A stretch of DNA of 64,000 nucleotides from Waddlia chondrophila WSU 86-1044 (lineage in GTDB: Bacteria > Chlamydiota > Chlamydiia > Chlamydiales > CAMCWV01). Within the stretch, counting starts at the first letter, position 1, and each line of letters begins with the position of its first letter. Below the pieces are notes generated by a model that was given only the letters and a program-made list of their open reading frames with translations, ran no database searches and had not been told where the DNA came from. The translations under genes were made by a program, and so were the position numbers. Below are positions 18,139 through 27,857 of the stretch, piece by piece. The stretch spans positions 18,647 to 82,646 of the forward strand of contig CAMCWV010000005.1 of assembly GCA_945882915.1 (NCBI GenBank), read 5' to 3'.

Positions 18139-18549
18139 ATGTCTCAAGGTGTTTTTGATGGAAAAAAGCTCGTTTTATCAGAAAAAGAATGGAAGGCTCT
18201 ACTAAGTCCTAAACAATTTGCTGTTTTGCGTGACAACGGAACAGAGCCACCATTTAGGAACGAATACTGTGCCAACCACCAAAAAGGTGTTTACCTCTGC
18301 GGCGGCTGCTCCCTTTCTTTGTTTAGCTCAGAAACAAAATTTGACTCTGGCACAGGATGGCCAAGTTTTTGGGCGCCGATCAATGAACAAAACGTCTCAT
18401 GCCAAAAAGACAACAAGCTTGGCATGACAAGAACGGAAGTTCATTGCAGCAGATGCGAAGGGCATCTTGGTCACGTTTTTGATGACGGGCCAAAGCCTAC
18501 AGGAAAGCGGTACTGCATGAACTCCGCCGCCTTAAAATTTCAAAAATAA
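18139..18549 (+). CDS. msrB: peptide-methionine (R)-S-oxide reductase
   Basis: GTGWPSF and RYCMNS motifs, with two CxxC zinc pairs. AGGAGG lies 5 nt before the ATG. Confidence 0.9.
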   Translation: MSQGVFDGKKLVLSEKEWKALLSPKQFAVLRDNGTEPPFRNEYCANHQKGVYLCGGCSLSLFSSETKFDSGTGWPSFWAPINEQNVSCQKDNKLGMTRTEVHCSRCEGHLGHVFDDGPKPTGKRYCMNSAALKFQK

Positions 18550-18669
18550 AAGGTCTGTTATCTTCCTGGGATAGACTCGTAGCTGATTTTTTTGTCTGAG
18601 AGCTCAAAGAGCAACGCTATCGCTTAGCTTCGGACGCCTCCCACGTTGAAAGCGAAGTTGTTCGTCTGG

Positions 18670-20931
18670 TTAGCGCATGAGGTTTAGCGCTGAGCCAGCT
18701 TTAAACCAAGCGACCTGATCCCCGTTCATCGTGTGCTTTACTAGCACCTTATCCTCACTGCCATCACTGTGTTTAAAGATGACTGTTAAATCCTTAGCAG
18801 GAGCCAGAGCTGCTAGATTGATAATGCTCACCCTATCATCTTCACGCGCTTTATCATAATCCGCAGGGTTAACGAAAACTAAAGGAAGAACCCCTTGCTT
18901 TTTCAGGTTAGTTTCGTGAATGCGGGCAAATGACCTCACAATAACCGCAGCAGCCCCCAGAAAACGTGGAGACATCGCCGCATGCTCGCGAGAGCTCCCC
19001 TCACCATAGTTTTCATCTCCAATAGCCACCCAACGAAGCCCCTCAGCTTTGTATTCACGGGCCACCTTCTGAGGCTCCGAATACTCACCTGTCAGCTGAT
19101 TTTTAACACTCCCCGGCTTGTCATTAAACGCTGAGACAGCACCCAAGAACATGTTATTCGAAATGTTATCTAGGTGTCCTCTGTACTTCAGCCATTTACC
19201 CGCAGGGCTAATATGGTCTGTGGTGCATTTCCCCTTTGCTTTAAGAAGTAGTGGCAAGGCGCTATAATCCTTACCATTCCACGCCTTTAAGGGTTCTAAG
19301 AGCTGTAATCTTTCTGACTTTGGATCCACCACAATCTGAATCTTTCCCCCATCAACAGCCGGAGCCTGATAGCCAACATCTGCCGGCGCAAACCCATTTC
19401 TTGGCAAGTCGTCGACAACAGGAGGCGCTTTCAATCTAATCCTAACACCGCCACCCGCCTCAAATTCATCCTTCAAGGGATTGATATCCAAACGACCCGC
19501 TAAGGCATAAGCCATAACCACTTCAGGCGAGCCAATAAAGCTCATCGTCGCATTGTTCCCATCGTTGCGCGCAGGGAAGTTACGGTTGTAACTGGAGATG
19601 ATCGAGTTGACCTCGCCTGGTTTAATATCATCGCGCTTCCACTGACCAATACAAGGGCCACAGGCGTTAGCCATGACTGTTGCTCCTGCTTTTTCAAGGC
19701 TTTCCATTTGGCCATCCCGTTTGATGGTCTGGAAAATCATTTCACTTCCTGGCGTAATCATCAGAGGCGTCTTCGTCTTCGCCTTCTTCTCAACAGCCTG
19801 GCGTGCTACATCCGCTGCTCTGGAGATGTCCTCGTACGAACTGTTCGTGCAGCTCCCAATCATCGCCGCCTTAAGCACAACGTCGTACCCCTTTGCTTTT
19901 GCATCCGCTGCCATCTGAGAAACCGGTCTAGCCAGATCTGGCGTGTGCGGCCCTACGACATAAGGCTCAAGAGTGTCGAGGTCAATCTCAACAACTCTGT
20001 CATAATACTTTTTCGGGTCAGCTTCACACTCTCTATCTGGCTCAAGTAGATCGACATTCTTATCGGCAAGATCAGCTATCTCTGCACGCTTAGTGGCACG
20101 CAAATATCTTCCCATCGAGAGGTCATAGGGGAAAAGTGAAGTGGTCGCCCCAATTTCTGCTCCCATATTCGTGATTGTCCCCTTTCCCGTGCAACTCAAA
20201 GTGCGAGCCCCAGGGCCGATGTATTCGATAATAGCGTTTGTGCCGCCACTAACTGTAAGCACTTGAGCCACCTTAAGAATGATATCCTTAGGAGAGCTCC
20301 AGCCGCCGAGCTTCCCCGTAAGGAAAACAGCGATGCGTTTGGGATGCTTCACAACCCAAGGCATGCCAGCCATCACATCGACAGCGTCAGCGCCGCCAAC
20401 ACCGCAAGCCACCATTCCAAGGCCCCCAGCATTTGGCGTATGTGAATCTGTTCCAATCATCATCCCGCCCGGAAAGGCATAATGCTCAAAAACCACTTGA
20501 TGAATGATGCCCGATCCTGGCCTCCAGAATCCGATCCCAAATTTTTGCGAAGCTGAAGCTAAAAAGTTATAGACCTCTTTGTTCACATCATTAGCAGCAG
20601 CAAGATCTTTGACAGCCCCCTCATGAGCCTGGATCAGATGGTCACAGTGAATTGTTGAAGGAGCCTTAACTCTTGCAATCTCTGCCTGCGTGAACTGCAA
20701 AATAACCATCTGAGCAGTTGCGTCTTGCATGGCAATTCGGTCTGGGCGCAGCTCTAAAAACCCATCTCCCGGCTTCAGCTCCTGGCTTTTAGGTTTGTCA
20801 AGATGACCAAAGAGGATCTTTTCGCTAAGAGTGAGCGGGCGTCCTAACCGTTTCCGAATAACCTCAAGGTTCTTACGAATAGTCGCATAGACATTTTCTA
20901 CCATTTCAGGGGTCGTTTCAACAGTAAGCAT
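18670..20931 (-). CDS. acn: aconitate hydratase, about 750-aa mitochondrial-type
   Basis: RPLTLSEKILFGHLD N-terminus, Fe-S cysteines (..GSCTNSS.., ..NACGPCIGQW..) and length clearly shorter than AcnA/AcnB. Start at the ATG after ggaga. Confidence 0.9.
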   Translation of the reverse strand: MLTVETTPEMVENVYATIRKNLEVIRKRLGRPLTLSEKILFGHLDKPKSQELKPGDGFLELRPDRIAMQDATAQMVILQFTQAEIARVKAPSTIHCDHLIQAHEGAVKDLAAANDVNKEVYNFLASASQKFGIGFWRPGSGIIHQVVFEHYAFPGGMMIGTDSHTPNAGGLGMVACGVGGADAVDVMAGMPWVVKHPKRIAVFLTGKLGGWSSPKDIILKVAQVLTVSGGTNAIIEYIGPGARTLSCTGKGTITNMGAEIGATTSLFPYDLSMGRYLRATKRAEIADLADKNVDLLEPDRECEADPKKYYDRVVEIDLDTLEPYVVGPHTPDLARPVSQMAADAKAKGYDVVLKAAMIGSCTNSSYEDISRAADVARQAVEKKAKTKTPLMITPGSEMIFQTIKRDGQMESLEKAGATVMANACGPCIGQWKRDDIKPGEVNSIISSYNRNFPARNDGNNATMSFIGSPEVVMAYALAGRLDINPLKDEFEAGGGVRIRLKAPPVVDDLPRNGFAPADVGYQAPAVDGGKIQIVVDPKSERLQLLEPLKAWNGKDYSALPLLLKAKGKCTTDHISPAGKWLKYRGHLDNISNNMFLGAVSAFNDKPGSVKNQLTGEYSEPQKVAREYKAEGLRWVAIGDENYGEGSSREHAAMSPRFLGAAAVIVRSFARIHETNLKKQGVLPLVFVNPADYDKAREDDRVSIINLAALAPAKDLTVIFKHSDGSEDKVLVKHTMNGDQVAWFKAGSALNLMR

Positions 20932-20965
20932 CCCGCTCTCCAAAAATTATAAACACTTGTTGTAG

Positions 20966-21132
20966 ATATACTCCTCGTAGTTGAAAATGGGAATTTGGAC
21001 TAGCGCGAAAGCTCCCGCGGCTGAACGATCGTAAGTGCCTTATTATTAGAAATACAAAGGGCACTTGCAATCGTTCAGCCCCGGGGCTTTGGCGCCGTCC
21101 AAGTTCCAATTTTCAGCTACGAGGAGTATATA
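20966..21132 (-). repeat. F1 element, long form, inverted orientation
   Basis: Arms and loop (ttattattagaaatacaaagg) are the reverse complement of the 10958 copy. Confidence 0.9.
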
Positions 21133-21187
21133 ACCGGTTGAAGGGATAAAATACCCCCATTTTCAGGAGCAAAGTTTAAGAGGCCAG

Positions 21188-21649
21188 ATGTCCATTCTCG
21201 ATAAAATAGCCAAGATTGAAGCGTTGATCCAAAGAGCCTCCTCTGAAGGAGAGCGCAATGCTGCCAGGTTAGCAAAAGAGCGGGTGCTTGCACTGCTTAT
21301 GCAACAGCAAGATCAAAAGACTAAAGAACAAGAACGGAAAGAGGAAGAACCTAGAGAATATAAGATCTCTACAGGCAACTCCTGGAAAAAACGCCTATTT
21401 GTGGCTCTCTGCAGTAAACACGAGCTTCGCACCTACCGCTATTACAGACAAAAGCATACGAACACTTGCGTTCGTGTGGCCAAGACATTCATGGACAAGA
21501 TCCTCTGGCCAGAGTTTCAGCAGTACTCAAAGCTTCTTGAGGAGCTTGTCGAAGAAATTCTTAAAGAGCTCATCACAAAAATCCATGCATCTGAAGAGGA
21601 AGAAGTTATCGTTACCGCCGAACTTGACCACAGCATGCTTAGCTTATAG
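21188..21649 (+). CDS. hypothetical protein with a DUF2786-like N-terminus
   Basis: ILDKIAKIEALIQRASSEGERNAA resembles the DUF2786 helix pattern. The rest is uncharacterised. Confidence 0.55.
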   Translation: MSILDKIAKIEALIQRASSEGERNAARLAKERVLALLMQQQDQKTKEQERKEEEPREYKISTGNSWKKRLFVALCSKHELRTYRYYRQKHTNTCVRVAKTFMDKILWPEFQQYSKLLEELVEEILKELITKIHASEEEEVIVTAELDHSMLSL

Positions 21650-21688
21650 CGCATAGCAAACAAAGCAAAGTTCCTTGCTAGCATAGTC

Positions 21689-21872
21689 TGGAGCGAGCGA
21701 AAGCGAAGCTCTTTGGAGTGCTGGGACTTGTCCTAGCTTTCATCAGCCATCGACATGTCGAGGGCTGCACGAAACCGTGGCTTACTAAGGTTGAATGGAC
21801 TCGACATGTCGAGTCCTAACAAAGCTAGGACAAGTCCCAGCACTCCAAAGAGCTTCGCTTTCGCTCGCTCCT
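21689..21872. repeat. F2 element, copy d (inverted relative to copy c)
   Basis: Same ends and CGACATGTCG hairpins. Confidence 0.85.
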
Positions 21873-21910
21873 GGCTGTGTTAGCAAAGAGCTTCGTTGCC
21901 ACGCAGAGTT

Positions 21911-22603
21911 TTATCTTTTAAGTAACTCGAGGTCGTGGCTTTCCGGTTCTAGCTCAACGTGCTGGTTCTGCCCGGACGAAACACCAAAATACTTAAATAC
22001 TGTAACGATAAGATAATCGATGGCAACTCTGATATCGCTTGCTGCATTGCCAGAAAAGGCTGCGCTCCCACTCCACAGAGGATCCGATGAAGAAGCATGC
22101 TCCTTCATTCCCTCTTTTTCATACGAGCGACCAAATACATCAATATGCAATGAGCTAGTGTATAAAGTTCTTTGCTCTGGAGTGTAAACGGTTGTTCCTG
22201 ATCCTTGCGTATAAGACTGAACCTGACTCTCGCCGAGTCCTTTATGGCTTATAATGCCGTAAGTCGTTTGCGTCTCTCCTGGTACATAACGAGGCACACT
22301 CACAAGCTTTTCTTTGCCTTCCGTTTTGGTGGTAAAGTAGAGCAGATAATCGGCCTCAACCTTTCTCCCGGCGTTGTACCCTTTTAGATAAAGATAGTGC
22401 TCTATCTTTTGAGCGATCTCTTTGGAAAGAAGTGGATTGTCTGTTTCGGCTGGAATCACTGCAAAAACGGTACCTGCCGGAAAACCTGAGGGAAGAGCTT
22501 GTTTGTCAACAAAGGCGGTTGTCCCCACAGAAACAGCGTTTTTGCCGCAAGAAACCACGGTCATAACAGCAATAATAAAACACAGCGTTCTGACTAATTT
22601 CAT
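21911..22603 (-). CDS. putative lipoprotein
   Basis: Signal peptide with lipobox (VVSC). No other motif recognised. Confidence 0.65.
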   Translation of the reverse strand: MKLVRTLCFIIAVMTVVSCGKNAVSVGTTAFVDKQALPSGFPAGTVFAVIPAETDNPLLSKEIAQKIEHYLYLKGYNAGRKVEADYLLYFTTKTEGKEKLVSVPRYVPGETQTTYGIISHKGLGESQVQSYTQGSGTTVYTPEQRTLYTSSLHIDVFGRSYEKEGMKEHASSSDPLWSGSAAFSGNAASDIRVAIDYLIVTVFKYFGVSSGQNQHVELEPESHDLELLKR

Positions 22604-22718
22604 CTAAAACCCCTCGGTATTTCTTATTAATCTTTAAAAAAATCCAAAAAAAACCCATAAGACGCCTTATATACTATTCGGCCAAAATGAACATCAACTA
22701 TTGAAACCAGGAACAATC

Positions 22719-23339
22719 ATGAAGTATATCTATGAGTTCATAGGAACGTTTTTCTTAGTTTTCACGATCGGAATGACCGTACTCGAGCCTGGCATTGGCG
22801 TACTAGCACCTCTAGCTATTGGGTCGGTACTTACAGCCATGGTCTTTGCTGGTGGGCACGTTTCTGGGGCGCACTACAATCCAGCGGTCTCTCTTGCTGT
22901 CTGCTTGCGCGGCAAAATAACTGGAGGCCAACTGCTCGGTTATTGGGTTGTACAACTAGCCGCAGCTATTGTTGCTGCCTACCTTACAGTCTACCTTAAA
23001 GGAAGCTCTGCTGGAGCGCCGATGGTCCTAGATACCACGCATGCACTTATAGCCGAGTTCCTCTTCACTTTTGCTCTTTGCTTTGTTGTTTTGAACGTAG
23101 CAACAGCCAAGAAAACAGCCGGCAACTCGTTTTTCGGCTTGGCAATTGGGCTCATAGTCCTCGTAGGCGCCTATGCCGTTGGGACTATCTCTGGAGGCGC
23201 TTTCAATCCAGCTGTTGCTCTTGGGATATCGATCATGAAACTTAGCGCCTGGAACAACCTTTGGATCTTCCTTGTTGCTACCTTACTTGGCGGCGCCTGC
23301 GCAGCAGGAGTCTTCAAACTTGCTCACCCACAAGAGTAG
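22719..23339 (+). CDS. aqpZ: aquaporin/MIP-family channel
   Basis: Two NPA boxes (HYNPAVS, FNPAVA) and six hydrophobic segments. Confidence 0.9.
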   Translation: MKYIYEFIGTFFLVFTIGMTVLEPGIGVLAPLAIGSVLTAMVFAGGHVSGAHYNPAVSLAVCLRGKITGGQLLGYWVVQLAAAIVAAYLTVYLKGSSAGAPMVLDTTHALIAEFLFTFALCFVVLNVATAKKTAGNSFFGLAIGLIVLVGAYAVGTISGGAFNPAVALGISIMKLSAWNNLWIFLVATLLGGACAAGVFKLAHPQE

Positions 23340-23343
23340 ATCT

Positions 23344-24324
23344 TTAATCACAACGCCATCCTTCTTCAAGAAGTGGCATAGAAAACTCCAAAAAAGCGCT
23401 TATGTCAAGCTGCGTAAAGGTAAGCATCGTCTGTCGCTTCTCCTGAAGCTTCTGGTTTCCTTTAAACAAAAAGCTCATGAGCTGTTTCATCTTGCTCACT
23501 CTTGTTTTTGCCGGCATATCCGGCCGGATTCCTTCGGAGTAAACTTTTAAATAACGGAGCAAATCTGTCCACTGAGGCTGGTATACTGTCCCTGCAAAAT
23601 GGGCGCGAATCTGATGGAAAATAAAAGGGTTAATAACGCTCCCGCGCCCAACCATCAGAGCGTCACATTTCGTTTCAGCTAACATTCTAAGGGCGTCGTC
23701 AACAGTTAAAATATCCCCATTACCAACCAATGGAACCTTTAAAAGACTCTTAGCTTCTGCAATAAGATCCCAGCGCGCCGGAGGGCCGTAGCCATCTACT
23801 TTTGTTCTTGGGTGAAGCGTGATATATTGAACACCGCTCTCCTCCGCCGCAAGGAGGTTCTCCCTAAACAAGGAGATATCATCAAACCCCGAGCGCATCT
23901 TCAATGTCACTGGAATAGAGACAGCCTTAACCATTGCCCGGGCAACATCATGCAAGAGGGCAGGCTCCTTCAATAAACTCGACCCCGCGCCACGTCCTGT
24001 TACCGTGTTAGAAGGGCAGCCACAATTTAGGTCAATGCGTGGCGCTCCTCTCCGCTCAATTTCCTGAGCCATCCCGGCCATCAGTTCAACATCAGAGCCC
24101 ATAAGTTGGGCAACAAGGGGGATAGGCGCTGTCTCGTCTGCCTGATATTCGCGGGCAAGACTTGGGATGTGCGCATTTGCTGGCACGCGAAGAAACTCCG
24201 CTACTGCAGCATCAAAACCCCCGACAGAGGCCATTGCTTTGCGGAAGCAGCGGTCACCTACTCCCTCCATGGGAGCTAGCAACAAATACGGACAACCATT
24301 TTTATCTTTGGGCAGGAGCATCAT
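23344..24324 (-). CDS. dus: tRNA-dihydrouridine synthase (DusC-like)
   Basis: LAPMEGVGD, DLNCGCP and LHPRT motifs. Confidence 0.85.
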   Translation of the reverse strand: MMLLPKDKNGCPYLLLAPMEGVGDRCFRKAMASVGGFDAAVAEFLRVPANAHIPSLAREYQADETAPIPLVAQLMGSDVELMAGMAQEIERRGAPRIDLNCGCPSNTVTGRGAGSSLLKEPALLHDVARAMVKAVSIPVTLKMRSGFDDISLFRENLLAAEESGVQYITLHPRTKVDGYGPPARWDLIAEAKSLLKVPLVGNGDILTVDDALRMLAETKCDALMVGRGSVINPFIFHQIRAHFAGTVYQPQWTDLLRYLKVYSEGIRPDMPAKTRVSKMKQLMSFLFKGNQKLQEKRQTMLTFTQLDISAFLEFSMPLLEEGWRCD

Positions 24325-24429
24325 AGGGAACCAGTATACACGAAAAAGGAAAAAGATGGAGGGGGAAAAAGGGATCGCCTTCTCCAGTCTTAATTGCGCG
24401 TAACTTACCTTGTCAGCTATGATAGCCGC

Positions 24430-26238
24430 ATGAGCCTACTTTTTAACTGCCAATCTTTAAGTAAAGCATTTACCACCCGCATCCTTTTTAAGGAGCTCTC
24501 CTTCAGTGTTTTCGAGGGAGACCGGATAGGCCTTATCGGGCCAAATGGATCGGGGAAATCAACGCTTTTAAAAATCCTCTCCGGGATAGAAAATGCCTCT
24601 TCAGGGACGCTCTCTCCAAAGCGTGGGCTGAAAATTGGGTATGTCCCCCAGTCTGCAGAGCTGCCCGACTTGCTACCAAGCGAGATCCTTCTCAAAAGCC
24701 TTCGAGATAACCACGAGATGGCAGATTACGAAAAGGAAGTCCTGGTTCAAACATGGCTCAGCAAGCTCGGCTTTAATGGACAAGAAATATCTGCCCAAAG
24801 ACTCTCTGGAGGATGGAAAAAACGGCTTACCTTCGGGCAGGCAATGATCTCCACTCCCGACATCCTTCTCTTGGACGAGCCAACAAACCACCTTGACCTT
24901 GAAGGGATCCTCTGGCTAGAAAAATTCCTTGTCAAAGAATCTCCCACTTACGTTTTGGTAAGCCACGACCGTTATTTCCTCCAAAACATGACCAATCGGA
25001 TCATCGAAATAGACCCCGTCCACGAAAAAGGGCTCTTTTCTATCGATGGCTCCTACGCAAACTTCCTTGAGAAAAAAGAAGAGTTCCTTAAAGGGCAAAT
25101 TCAACAAGAGCGCTCAATCGCCTCAAAAGCCCGGCGCGAACTAGAATGGCTGCGCAAATCCCCAAAGGCGCGCACAACAAAAGCACAGTCGCGAGTCGAC
25201 GATGCCCACGAAATCTTGCAAGAGCTTTCTGAAGTAAAGCACCGAAACAAACAAAACAAGGCAACGATTGACTTTGCTGCAACACAGCGCGAATCAAGAA
25301 AGCTAATCGTTGCTAAAAACATCTCTAAAGAAATTGGTGGCCGGACACTTTTCCAGCACCTCGACTTCACCCTCTCACCAGGCATAAGAATTGGGCTGAT
25401 GGGGCCTAATGGTTCGGGAAAAACAACATTATTAAAGCTCCTTCTAGGAGAGCTTACCCCCGATCAAGGGACCCTTAAAAATGCTGACGACCTCAAGGTT
25501 GTCTACTTCGATCAGCACCGGACTCAGCTCCCTGATGACATCACTTTAAAAGACGCCCTTTCGCCTACTGGAGACTTTGTAAACTTCCGTGGACAGATGA
25601 TCCATGTGAATGGCTGGTGCAAGCGCTTCTTGTTCTCTCCCGATATTCTCGGCATGCGGATTGGCAAGCTTTCTGGCGGTGAAAGGGCCCGTATTGCTGT
25701 TGCCCACCTAATGCTCCAACCAGCAGATGTCCTCCTTTTGGACGAACCCACTAACGACCTAGACATCCCCACGCTCGAAACCCTCGAAGAGAGTCTCGTG
25801 GACTTCCCTGGGGCGATTGTATTGATCACGCACGATAGATACATGCTCGACCGGACATGCACCACCCTTCTGGCGTTAGGAGACCTCGACAAAAACGAGC
25901 TCTACGCCGATTACAGACAGTGGGAAGCCTCAACTAAAAGTGGGGCGAAAAGTGCAGCGGCAGCCAGGCCCAAATCTAGCGCCAAACCCCAAGAACCCGC
26001 AATCCCGTTAAAACCAAAAATCTCTTTTACAGAAAAGAAAGAGCTCGATCAGATCGAAGCTAAAATCTTAAAGCTGGAAGAACAAATCCAACAGTACAAC
26101 CACCTTCTAGAAACTACTGAGGTTGCCGAGAACCCCGAGCGCCTTCAGATCGTCTGCAAAGACATTGGCCTTGCCGAGAACCAAGTTGAACAACTTTATC
26201 TCCGCTGGGAGCTCCTCGAGAAAAAATCTCAGGGGTAG
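24430..26238 (+). CDS. ABC-F family ATPase (Uup-like, C-terminal coiled coil)
   Basis: GPNGSGKST/GPNGSGKTT and LSGGWKKR/LSGGERAR motifs. Start at ATG MSLLFN; the track uses an upstream TTG. Confidence 0.88.
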   Translation: MSLLFNCQSLSKAFTTRILFKELSFSVFEGDRIGLIGPNGSGKSTLLKILSGIENASSGTLSPKRGLKIGYVPQSAELPDLLPSEILLKSLRDNHEMADYEKEVLVQTWLSKLGFNGQEISAQRLSGGWKKRLTFGQAMISTPDILLLDEPTNHLDLEGILWLEKFLVKESPTYVLVSHDRYFLQNMTNRIIEIDPVHEKGLFSIDGSYANFLEKKEEFLKGQIQQERSIASKARRELEWLRKSPKARTTKAQSRVDDAHEILQELSEVKHRNKQNKATIDFAATQRESRKLIVAKNISKEIGGRTLFQHLDFTLSPGIRIGLMGPNGSGKTTLLKLLLGELTPDQGTLKNADDLKVVYFDQHRTQLPDDITLKDALSPTGDFVNFRGQMIHVNGWCKRFLFSPDILGMRIGKLSGGERARIAVAHLMLQPADVLLLDEPTNDLDIPTLETLEESLVDFPGAIVLITHDRYMLDRTCTTLLALGDLDKNELYADYRQWEASTKSGAKSAAAARPKSSAKPQEPAIPLKPKISFTEKKELDQIEAKILKLEEQIQQYNHLLETTEVAENPERLQIVCKDIGLAENQVEQLYLRWELLEKKSQG

Positions 26239-26592
26239 GCAGCGCCAAAACAGGCTGCGCCTGGTAATAGACGAAAATGGACAACTACAACGTCTCATAA
26301 AAAATTAATAGCAGTTATTGCGTCTGTGCCATCTCTTTTTTCCACTCGGTCCATTTTGTACATGAGCAAGGCCACTTCGGCCAGCGCTTGTCCACTTAAG
26401 GCGAAGCCCTCTTATTCGTTTTACTAATAACAATGAAGATGCTTCTCTTCATGCCCAAAATTACGCTCGCTCTGCTCGAAAAACATTTAGTGGGAGCTGC
26501 TGCAAGTCAAAGCCTGCCATTGACGAAAAGAGACCTAAGTGATTCAATCAAGTAATCTTTAGCACCCCCATAACCAAACAAGGAGTCTTCCT

Positions 26593-26940
26593 ATGTCATG
26601 CGATAAAGGTTCTTGCAGTTCACCTCACTCAAACAGCAGCTGCCATTGTGACTGTCACAAAGGGTGTGGCTGCTCTTGCCACAACAAAAGCCAAGGCGCT
26701 GAAGGCGAGTGCTGCGTGTCAGATCCTCTAATACAGCTTGCTGACCAGGCGTGGATGGAACTAATGAAAGAAAAAATTAAAGCGCAATTCCAAGCAAGCT
26801 CTGGCTCTAAAATGGACGGCGTTGCCAAAGTTCTCGCTTCAGCATGTGGAGCTAAATGGCAGCTTAAAATGGCCACAAAACAACACCGTGACGATTATAA
26901 AAAAAACCTCTCAGAAGCTTTCCAAAAACACTCTAAATAG
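26593..26940 (+). CDS. small hypothetical protein with a Cys/His-rich N-terminus
   Basis: 11 Cys and 4 His in the first 41 residues (CDKGSCSSPHSNSSCHCDCHKGCGCSCH..ECC), followed by a helical Lys-rich tail. aaggag lies upstream of the ATG. Confidence 0.6.
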   Translation: MSCDKGSCSSPHSNSSCHCDCHKGCGCSCHNKSQGAEGECCVSDPLIQLADQAWMELMKEKIKAQFQASSGSKMDGVAKVLASACGAKWQLKMATKQHRDDYKKNLSEAFQKHSK

Positions 26941-27039
26941 CGCTAATTTCATAAAACACCTCTCTCAAATAACTAAAGGCAGAAGTAAGCTCTTACTTCT
27001 GCCTTTAGTGTTGCTTCAACAAATATTAGAAAACACAAC

Positions 27040-27114
27040 ATATACTCCGCTTGGCTGAAAACGGGAGCTTTCGCGCTAGTCCAAATTCCCGTTTTCAAAT
27101 AGGAGGAGTATATA
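27040..27114. repeat. F1 element, short form
   Basis: atatactccgcttggctgaaaacggg...ccaaattcccgttttcaaataggaggagtatata. Confidence 0.85.
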
Positions 27115-27690
27115 AAAGACCACACCTCTTGTCAGCGCTGCAAATGGGTCCCTGAAGGCAATCCACTCTACGAAGCTTATCACGACACTGAATGGGGCGT
27201 TCCTGTTCACGATGACAGAACGCATTTCGAATTCTTAATTCTTGAAGGGGCGCAGGCTGGACTTAGCTGGCTGACACTCCTTAAAAGGCGCGAAGGCTAC
27301 CGCAAGGCATTTGCTGGCTTCGATCCAAAGAAGGTGGCTGCCTACGACGATACTAAGATCGCTGAGCTACTCGCCTTTGAAGGGATCATCCGCAACAAGC
27401 TTAAAGTTGCTGGCGCAGTAGTGAATGCAAGGCTTTTTCTGGAGATTCAAAAGGAGTTTGGGAGCTTTGATAAGTACATCTGGCGGTTTGTTAACGGAAA
27501 AACCATTCGAAATAAACGAGAGACCATTAAAGATCTGCCCACAGAAACCGCAGAGTCGCAGGCGCTAAGCAAGGACTTGAAGAAAAGAGGCTTTAAGTTC
27601 GTTGGCGGGGTGATCATGTACGCCCACATGCAAGCAACAGGGCTTGTTAATGACCACACCGTGGACTGCTTCCGCTACAAACAGGTCTAA
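27112..27690 (+). CDS. tag: DNA-3-methyladenine glycosylase I with no canonical start codon (the frame opens inside the F1 element)
   Basis: CQRCKWV..NPLYEAYHD.EWGVP...EGAQAGLSW...GLVNDH matches Tag along its full length. An in-frame TAG sits at 27100. No ATG, GTG or TTG occurs before the conserved N-terminal Cys motif. ATA at 27112 lies 5 nt after AGGAGG. Confidence 0.65.
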   Translation: MKDHTSCQRCKWVPEGNPLYEAYHDTEWGVPVHDDRTHFEFLILEGAQAGLSWLTLLKRREGYRKAFAGFDPKKVAAYDDTKIAELLAFEGIIRNKLKVAGAVVNARLFLEIQKEFGSFDKYIWRFVNGKTIRNKRETIKDLPTETAESQALSKDLKKRGFKFVGGVIMYAHMQATGLVNDHTVDCFRYKQV

Positions 27691-27857
27691 TCTCTCTGTC
27701 TAGCTTTAAGCTGTTTGAGCTTGTGCCTGCTCTTTAGCAAATTGGGGAGAGCGCAAAACGCCTACCGTAAAAAACACCATTAAAGACACTGCAACAAAAG
27801 CAACTAAGCAAGGCATTAAAGGATCGCCGTTGTAGAGGTAACCGGTAAGTGCCACAA

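Noticed and set aside
27700-27850. C-terminal fragment of a membrane protein on the minus strand, next to the 68-bp array
   Set aside because: Only about 45 codons without a start. It is plausibly a gene remnant truncated by the array, but it cannot be supported as a feature.
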